From positions 1 to 42,274 of the IMG/VR virus record IMGVR_UViG_3300025635_000045: 42,274 nucleotides of DNA; one strand, given 5' to 3'. Position numbers and translations under genes: made by a program. Numbering within the stretch: the stretch's first letter is position 1; every line of letters begins with the position of its first letter. Positions 35,704 to 42,274 of this stretch are shown here, piece after piece. Under the pieces are notes generated by a model. It saw nothing but the letters and a program-made list of their open reading frames with translations. It did not search any database and was not told where the DNA came from. Source of the stretch: a virus. Lineage: Duplodnaviria > Caudoviricetes.

Positions 35704-38135
35704 CCGTCGTCACATCGTTCTCGCCCGATGGCTATGAGTTGTACGGGCGGCGGATGCTTGAGACGTTCAAGAGGCACTGGCCGAACGATGTCAAACTGTA
35801 CGTCTATTATGAGGGTGAGAAGCCTGCGGACGCGATAGAGCGCGCCGAGTGGATTCCGCTCGACAAGGACGAGGACCGCGCCGCCTTCATGGCCGCGCAC
35901 AAGGACCATCCGACCGACTACAATCTCCAGCCCGTCAAGTTCTCTCATAAGGTATTCGCTGTCACGGCGGCCCCGAGAGACACCGATTGGCTGATCTGGC
36001 TGGACGGCGATGTTGAGACGATTGCCCCGGTCACGCATGAATTTCTAAAGTCGATGTACCCGGACGACATCGTTGCGGCCTACATGGGACGGCAATGGTG
36101 GAACCACACCGAGGCGGGGTTTGTAGCCTATCGGCTGGACGATGACGGCAAGCGGTTTCTGGACGATCTGCGGTTGATGTACACGACCGGACAGATTGTC
36201 GAGGTCGAGTCCTATAGAGGAAAGAAACAGCAGCACGATTGCGCGGCGTTCGATCTTCTCAGAGAGGCTTACGAGAAGGAAGGCCACGCTTTCCACGATC
36301 TAGGTGAGGCCCACAAGGGGCCTGACCTTGACGTTATGGCGCACACGCCCCTTGCGCGCGTCATGTACCACTATAAGGGCAACCGCAAGCGGGCACCACT
36401 CGCCCCGTCACGATACGACCAACTGATAAAGCTGATTGATCTTTGCAAGCCGAGGACCATCGTTGAAGTCGGCGTTCACCGTGGCAACCGTGCCGAGCGG
36501 ATGTGTCGCGCCGCGCTCGAGCATAACGTCTCCGTCCACTATGTCGGATACGACCTGTTCGATGATGCGAGCGACGACAGCAACGAGGCGGAAAAGAACG
36601 GTAAGGGCGCGCCCGATCTGGTCGGGGCGCAGCAAAAGCTAGACAGGCTGAAACAGGATTACCCCGGCTTCACCTGGGAGTTGGTCCAAGGCAACACCCG
36701 AAAGACCCTGCACGGCAAGCAGATCACCGCAGACTTCGCGTTTATCGACGGCGGTCATTCGGTCGAGACGATCCGGGGCGACTACGAGGCGTTGCAGAGT
36801 TCAAGGCTGATCGCCTTTGATGACTATTACACCAGCGGCCCGGATGGCAGGGGCATTGATACAAAGCAATTCGGCTGCAACGAGGTCATCAAGGGGCGGA
36901 CGTACACGGTCCTTCCCTGTGCGGATTGGGTTATGGGTGGTGGGCGAACCCGTATCGCTGTTGTCGGTGACTACCCGCATAAAAAGTACGTCAAGCCAGA
37001 CCATGCCAAGCGCCGCAAACTGACGAAGGACTGGGAGGCGCTTTTTGACGAGCAGCGCAAGTTGCTCGCCAAGTACGGCGACCCCACGGTATCGGCGCAG
37101 ACGTTCGCCATGTGGGAGAACGACAAGGACGACAAGCCCGCCGACGTGCTGTTCGCGGTCAACATCCTTGAGCACCTGATGGACTACGAGTCTGCGCTGG
37201 CAAACATCCGTTCGCTGGCGAGAAAGGGTGCCCTGTTCGTCATCAAGCCGGATTTGATGGCTGATGCCGAGATGTGGAAACACATTATCAGCAAGTATTT
37301 CAGGATCACGGACGCGCTGGAAAATCAGGGCAATCTCGTCATATCCGCCGATTGCAACGTCCTTGTGCCGGGTGTCAAAACAATCCCGTCCAGCACCGAT
37401 ACGAAGCGGTGGGACCAAATCAAGGCGAGCACGGCGAAGTTCAAGACGTTTGTTGAACTGAAGCCTAAGCACGAGCGCACAGCCATTATTGCCTGCTACG
37501 GCCCGTCTCTCAAAGACTACATCGAGAAGCTGAAAGAGGAAGCCCAAGACCCGAATACAGATGTCGTGTCGGTTTCTGGGTCGCATGATTTCCTGATCGA
37601 ACACGGCATCATCCCGAAATACCACGTTGAATGCGATCCACGCCCTCACAAGGCCGTCCAGGTTACGCCCCGCAAGGACGTTGAATATCTGCTGGCGGCG
37701 AGCTGTCACGGTGATCTGTTCGACAAGATGGACGGCATGGATGTGCGGCTGTGGCACGCCGAAGAACATATCCGGGTCCGCGACGAACTGAAGAACGATG
37801 CTCCGAACATTGCCGGCGGCGGCTCTGTCGGCCTTCGCGCCATCGGCGTTCTGTATTTCATGGGTTATCGCAACCTGACCATCTACGGGATGGATTGCTC
37901 GTTCGCGGATGACGGCAAGACCCAGCACGCAGGGAAGCACGCCGGAAAAATACAGACAACGTGTCTGACCAAGATCGAAGACCGGCACTTTGTAACGTCG
38001 CCGGTCCTTATGACCTACGCCGCGAACTTCTTTGACATGGTGAAGCAGCGCCCGGACGTGAAGTGGCGCATTTACGGCGACGGGCTTTTACAGAACTGGG
38101 TTCGTTACGCAACCAAACTAGCAGAGGCCGCATGA
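35691..38135 (+). CDS. Multidomain protein: GT-A glycosyltransferase + class I SAM methyltransferase + degenerate MTase-like region + DUF115/Maf (MptE-like) domain
   Basis: KFSHKV/WLDGDV/EAGFV; IVEVGVHRG/FIDGGHS/AFDDY; NILEHL; IIACYGPSL/GIIPKYHVECDP/GGGSVGLRAI/GYRNLTIYGMDCSF. Confidence 0.8.
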   Translation: MGSIAVVTSFSPDGYELYGRRMLETFKRHWPNDVKLYVYYEGEKPADAIERAEWIPLDKDEDRAAFMAAHKDHPTDYNLQPVKFSHKVFAVTAAPRDTDWLIWLDGDVETIAPVTHEFLKSMYPDDIVAAYMGRQWWNHTEAGFVAYRLDDDGKRFLDDLRLMYTTGQIVEVESYRGKKQQHDCAAFDLLREAYEKEGHAFHDLGEAHKGPDLDVMAHTPLARVMYHYKGNRKRAPLAPSRYDQLIKLIDLCKPRTIVEVGVHRGNRAERMCRAALEHNVSVHYVGYDLFDDASDDSNEAEKNGKGAPDLVGAQQKLDRLKQDYPGFTWELVQGNTRKTLHGKQITADFAFIDGGHSVETIRGDYEALQSSRLIAFDDYYTSGPDGRGIDTKQFGCNEVIKGRTYTVLPCADWVMGGGRTRIAVVGDYPHKKYVKPDHAKRRKLTKDWEALFDEQRKLLAKYGDPTVSAQTFAMWENDKDDKPADVLFAVNILEHLMDYESALANIRSLARKGALFVIKPDLMADAEMWKHIISKYFRITDALENQGNLVISADCNVLVPGVKTIPSSTDTKRWDQIKASTAKFKTFVELKPKHERTAIIACYGPSLKDYIEKLKEEAQDPNTDVVSVSGSHDFLIEHGIIPKYHVECDPRPHKAVQVTPRKDVEYLLAASCHGDLFDKMDGMDVRLWHAEEHIRVRDELKNDAPNIAGGGSVGLRAIGVLYFMGYRNLTIYGMDCSFADDGKTQHAGKHAGKIQTTCLTKIEDRHFVTSPVLMTYAANFFDMVKQRPDVKWRIYGDGLLQNWVRYATKLAEAA

Positions 38136-38713
38136 CGTTTGATGACAACTGCCCGATGATGATGGAACGCGAGTTCGGCCTGCCCGAGAATGTCCCGCAG
38201 ATCGCCGTGGGGTTCTGTCTGGTGCCGACCCCGGACAAGAGGAAGTCCGCAGAAGCCGGTTATCCGGTGTTCAATGAGCGCGAGTACATCAAGCTCGTTG
38301 TCCCGGGTGACAAAAACTCTGAGTATTTTCAGCCCTCGACGGACGCAGACCGCCGGAAATTCCCGAACGCCTATCAGGCATTCAAGAACCGGGAATCCAA
38401 GCCGGTTGTCGAGGGGATGCCTATCGAACAATGGCCCCAAGTCACGCGCGCAATGGCGATGACGCTCAAGGCCGCGAGTATCCACACCGTTGAAGCTCTC
38501 GCGTCCGTCCATGACGGGCATATTGGCAAGATCGGCAACAACGGCCACGAATTGCGCGCCAAGGCAAAAGCGTTCCTCGACACGGCCAAGGACGCCGCCG
38601 CGTCTCAGCAGTTGGCCGCTGAAAATCAGAAGCTCAAAGACCAGATGGCCGCCATGCAAGAGCAGATCAATGTTCTTGCTAGGGCTGCTGAGAAGAAAAA
38701 GAAAGCCGCCTAA
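38132..38713 (+). CDS. Conserved phage protein with HhH-like segment
   Basis: ATGA overlap; GMPIEQWP..LKAASIHTVEALA. Confidence 0.65.
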   Translation: MTFDDNCPMMMEREFGLPENVPQIAVGFCLVPTPDKRKSAEAGYPVFNEREYIKLVVPGDKNSEYFQPSTDADRRKFPNAYQAFKNRESKPVVEGMPIEQWPQVTRAMAMTLKAASIHTVEALASVHDGHIGKIGNNGHELRAKAKAFLDTAKDAAASQQLAAENQKLKDQMAAMQEQINVLARAAEKKKKAA

Positions 38714-39412
38714 ATGAGTTTGCTCACGCTTGTCCAAGGCGCGGCCACGTCACTAAGCCTTCCTGTCCCGGCGTCCGTTGTCGGCAACACGGACGACAGT
38801 GCCGTGATGTTCCTGACCCTGGCGAAGCGTGAGGCGCGCGAACTGATGCGCCGCCATGACTGGCAGAACTTGGTGGTGGCGCACACTTGGACCGGTGCGG
38901 CGACCGTGGCGCAGGCGGACGCGCTCCCGAGCGACTATGACCATCTTGTTCCCGATGTTGAAATCTGGAACCGCTCGAACAACACCCGCCTGTCTGGCCC
39001 CACGTCATCGAACATCTGGCAGCGGCTTCAAAGCGGCATCAGCGGCGGCGTAGAGGGCTGGTGGCGCATTATCGGTGGCGTCCTGCAAGTTTATCCCGCC
39101 CCGTCTGCCGGGGACACGTTCGCGCTCGATTACGTTTCCAAGAACTACTGCGAGTCGAGCGGCGGGACGGATCAGTCGGAGTGGACGGCTGACGCTGACG
39201 TGGCCCGTATCCCGGAACACTTGATCGAACTCGGCGTCTGCTGGCGCTGGCTTCGCTCCAAGGGCATGGACTATTCCGAAGAACTCGCGACATACGAGCG
39301 CGAAGTCGAGAAGGCGGCGGCGCGCGACCGAGGGCTTGGTGTTGCCGTCATATCGTCGTCTCCGAAAGACCTTGATGACCCGTACTGGAATGGGACTGTA
39401 ACGGAAGTCTGA
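38714..39412 (+). CDS. Head-tail adaptor (tail tubular A-like)
   Basis: MSLLTLVQ..DWQNL..LPSDY..WRWLRSKGMDY; position. Confidence 0.7.
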   Translation: MSLLTLVQGAATSLSLPVPASVVGNTDDSAVMFLTLAKREARELMRRHDWQNLVVAHTWTGAATVAQADALPSDYDHLVPDVEIWNRSNNTRLSGPTSSNIWQRLQSGISGGVEGWWRIIGGVLQVYPAPSAGDTFALDYVSKNYCESSGGTDQSEWTADADVARIPEHLIELGVCWRWLRSKGMDYSEELATYEREVEKAAARDRGLGVAVISSSPKDLDDPYWNGTVTEV

Positions 39413-40980
39413 TGCGGCAAGTCGCAACCAAATCCAGGGCAACGCGGCGTCCCCATTCGGACGCGGTGTTCAAGGTTGTCCCATTGCCGCCTCCGGTTGG
39501 CGGTTGGAACAGGCGTGACGCGCTTCCTCTGATGGAGGAAACAGACGCGATTGTGCTGGACAACTTCATTCCAGATACGACCGCGCTCAAGCTTCGTGGG
39601 GGTTATTCCACCCATGCGCCTCTAGCGACGACGACTGTTATTGAGACGCTTATCCCGTTCCCGGCGTTGAACGGCTCAAGCGCGAAACTGTACGCCGCGA
39701 CACCGGATAAGATTTGGGATGTCACTTCGGCTGTGACGGCCTCCGCGACCGCGCAAGTCTTTACCGGGCTTGCCAATGGGCGCTGGTATTACGATTACAT
39801 GGTGAACACGTCCGGCCTGTACGCCGTTGCGGCGAACGGTGCCGACGTTCCGCTGACGTGCGACGGCTCTACGTGGGCCACATGTTCGGTGAGTGCGTCA
39901 GGTCTGACCAGGACGAACCTGATCGGCGTTCACAACCACATGAACCGGCTTTGGTTCATCGAGGAAAACCAACTCCACATTTGGTATCTATCAACGTCAG
40001 CCATTCAAGGGACGTTGACCAAGTTCCTGCCGCCGTTCCGCAAGGGCGGCAAGATCATGGCGATGGGTTCATGGACCCGCGACGGTGGCTCCGGTCCCGA
40101 TGATTTCGCGGTGTTCGTATCGTCCAAGGGCGAGTGCGTCATTTATGCGGGCGTCGATCCGTCTAGTGCTTCAACGTCAGCACTTGTCGGCGTCTATAAC
40201 ATTCCACCCGTTATCGGGAGGCGGTGCATTGTTCCTGCCGGTGCTGATCTGGGTATCCTCACAAGTCAGGGAATGGTGCCGCTCTCGCAAATCCTAGGCA
40301 TGACGGCGGGGGCTGCTGCAAGGACTGCTTTCACCGACAAGATCAGCGGTCAGTTCAAGAGCCAATTTTATGCCACTGGTTCGGCGTTCGGCTGGGAGTC
40401 GATTGAGTATCCCCGAGGTAACTTGCTGATCGTGAACGTCCCGATCACGGAACGGGTGACGCAGCACCAATACGTCATGAACGAACTGACCGGCGCGTGG
40501 TGCCGGTTTACCGGGGTCAACGCGGGCTGTTGGGCGATCCATAACAATGACCTGTATTTCGGCGGGAATGACGGCAAGGTCTATAAATACGACACGCAGC
40601 AGCTAGACGGTTCGTCCAACATCATCGGAACGATCCAGCACGCTTACAGTGCGTTCAACACGCCGCACATCAAGCGGTTCGTAATGGCGCGACCGATCTT
40701 CAATGCGCCGACGCCGTACAATCCGCCCGTTTCTATCCAGGTCGATTACGACTTGAGTATCCCCGATGTCACGACGCTGGTGTCGTCCACGGCTGGCACG
40801 CAATGGGATGCAGCTCAATGGGATACGTTCCAGTGGGCTGGCGGTACCACCACGACACTAGGATGGCAGGGCACAACGGGAGAGGGCCGGGCGGGTTCTG
40901 TCGCGTTCGCCGTCTCGTCATCCGAGGCGATATTCTACAACGGAACGGACGTGAGAATTGAGCGCGGTCGAAGCGTCTAA
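39412..40980 (+). CDS. Tail nozzle / packaged DNA stabilisation protein (P22 gp10-like)
   Basis: LPPPVGGWNRRD start; beta-propeller-like; follows the adaptor. Confidence 0.75.
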   Translation: MRQVATKSRATRRPHSDAVFKVVPLPPPVGGWNRRDALPLMEETDAIVLDNFIPDTTALKLRGGYSTHAPLATTTVIETLIPFPALNGSSAKLYAATPDKIWDVTSAVTASATAQVFTGLANGRWYYDYMVNTSGLYAVAANGADVPLTCDGSTWATCSVSASGLTRTNLIGVHNHMNRLWFIEENQLHIWYLSTSAIQGTLTKFLPPFRKGGKIMAMGSWTRDGGSGPDDFAVFVSSKGECVIYAGVDPSSASTSALVGVYNIPPVIGRRCIVPAGADLGILTSQGMVPLSQILGMTAGAAARTAFTDKISGQFKSQFYATGSAFGWESIEYPRGNLLIVNVPITERVTQHQYVMNELTGAWCRFTGVNAGCWAIHNNDLYFGGNDGKVYKYDTQQLDGSSNIIGTIQHAYSAFNTPHIKRFVMARPIFNAPTPYNPPVSIQVDYDLSIPDVTTLVSSTAGTQWDAAQWDTFQWAGGTTTTLGWQGTTGEGRAGSVAFAVSSSEAIFYNGTDVRIERGRSV

Positions 40981-41407
40981 GCCGTACATCATCGGGTCCA
41001 TTCTGTTCGGTGCCGATGAATTTGTCTCCAACCTCGTTGCGTCACGTATCAAGCACATGCAGGCCCCGTTCGGGCCGTGTACGGCGTTGGGGATTGTGCG
41101 GGGTGGGAACCTGATCGGCGGCGTCGTGTACCACAATTTTAGGGGCCACGACATCGAGGCAAGTATCGCCATTGATCGCGCGGCGTTCCTGCCGTGGCGG
41201 GCGCTGTTCGCATACCCGTTTGAGCAACTCGGATGCACGAGACTGACGGCGTTCACGGGGCGCAAGAACAAGAAAGCCCGCAAGCTACTTGAGAACCTTG
41301 GTTTCCGCCTAGAGGGCGTACACGCACGCGGCCTCGACGGTATCACAGACGCGATGTCCTACGGGATGTTGCGCGACGATTGCAGATGGATAAAACGCAA
41401 TGGGTAA
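40958..41407 (+). CDS. GNAT-fold acetyltransferase-like virion assembly protein
   Basis: GGVVYHNF..FAYPFEQLGCTRL..NKKARKLLENLGFRLEG..YGMLRDDCRW. Confidence 0.8.
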   Translation: MSAVEASKPYIIGSILFGADEFVSNLVASRIKHMQAPFGPCTALGIVRGGNLIGGVVYHNFRGHDIEASIAIDRAAFLPWRALFAYPFEQLGCTRLTAFTGRKNKKARKLLENLGFRLEGVHARGLDGITDAMSYGMLRDDCRWIKRNG

Positions 41408-42274
41408 AAGCACTCCCTCGCCGCCGCCGCCGCCGAACCCGGTAAAGGTTGCAGAGGCGCAGACCGGATCAAACGTCAACAGCGCGATTGCATCCAGCGT
41501 TCTCGGCAACGTCAATCAAGTCGGCCCCACTGGTTCAACGTCATACAACCAGACCGACACCTATAAAATGACCGGGCCGGATGGCAAGGTCTATGACATT
41601 CCGCGTTATACGCAGACCACGACGCTAAGCCCGGAACAGCAGCAGCTCTATAACCAGCAGACGCAGCTTGGTGGCAAGATGAACGATCTTGCCATCAACC
41701 AGACCGATAGGCTCGGCAGTGTCCTGGGAACCAACGCAACCGCCGATGGGCTTCCAGAAGTCACTAACGACTTTTCGGCGGATCGCGCCCGTGTCGAGCA
41801 AGCCATGTTCGACCGGATTAATCCGCAGTTGGACCGGGAACGCGCGTCTCTGGAAAACACGCTTGTCAACCAGGGCTTCCAGCGCGGGACTGAGGCTTTC
41901 AAGAACGAGATGGACCAGTTCGGGCGCAACACCAATGACGCACGACTAGCGATTACCGCGCGGGGCCTTGGCGAGCAGCAGGGCTTGTTCGGGATGCAGC
42001 AGGCCAATCGGTCGCGAAGCCTTCAAGAAATGCTGGCGTTGCGGAACCAGCCGATCAATGAGATTTCCGCGCTCATGTCGGGCGGGCAAGTCTCGTTGCC
42101 GAACGCTCAACAGTACAACGCGCCGAGCATCAACGCCGCAAACATCGGAGACTATACCTACAACTCGGCGGCACTCGCAAACCAGAACTACAACACGCAG
42201 ATGCAGCAACAGAACGCCGCTATGGGTGGCATGTTTGGACTCGGGCAGGCTGGCATTCTCGGTGGGATGAAATA
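41400..42274 (+). CDS. 5' part of the ejection/pilot-like protein (continues at window start)
   Basis: MGKSTPSPPPPPNPVKVAEAQ..NVNQVGPTGS..TQTTTLSPEQQQL; open to the window end, so absent from the ORF track. Confidence 0.85.
   Translation, partial: MGKSTPSPPPPPNPVKVAEAQTGSNVNSAIASSVLGNVNQVGPTGSTSYNQTDTYKMTGPDGKVYDIPRYTQTTTLSPEQQQLYNQQTQLGGKMNDLAINQTDRLGSVLGTNATADGLPEVTNDFSADRARVEQAMFDRINPQLDRERASLENTLVNQGFQRGTEAFKNEMDQFGRNTNDARLAITARGLGEQQGLFGMQQANRSRSLQEMLALRNQPINEISALMSGGQVSLPNAQQYNAPSINAANIGDYTYNSAALANQNYNTQMQQQNAAMGGMFGLGQAGILGGMK
42111..42274. repeat. Terminal direct repeat, right copy
   Basis: About 86% identical to 1-164. Confidence 0.95.

Noticed and set aside
36801-37988. Long antisense ORFs (also 33366-34277, 27089-27961, 12369-13112)
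   Set aside because: Shadow frames of high-GC genes on the opposite strand with no recognisable motifs

Overview
Near-complete (~42.1 kb unit, circularly permuted) genome of a temperate, short-tailed (P22-like gene order) phage of Alphaproteobacteria. The host is inferred from a GcrA homologue, a DnaA C-terminal-domain protein and an intact attP containing the 3' half of tRNA-Pro(CGG). Modules in order: DNA-ejection proteins, two tail fibre/spike genes, lysis cassette, accessory genes, attP-int-xis, DNA methyltransferase and SNF2-like helicase, ERF/YqaJ recombination, CI/Cro switch, replication, terminase-portal-scaffold-capsid, and tail adaptor/nozzle. Main observations: (1) a two-gene glycosyltransferase/methyltransferase/Maf-like cassette inside the head operon, a candidate virion glycosylation system; (2) two related HNH endonuclease cassettes that appear to have inserted into coding sequences (integrase, and a secreted Cys-rich protein), each supplying a replacement gene end while the original end remains stranded; (3) a membrane-anchored periplasmic protein of the lysis cassette with an apparent paralogue inside the immunity region; (4) repeated gene-junction motifs in the early-left accessory region. 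All family assignments come from motif recognition by eye, not database searches.
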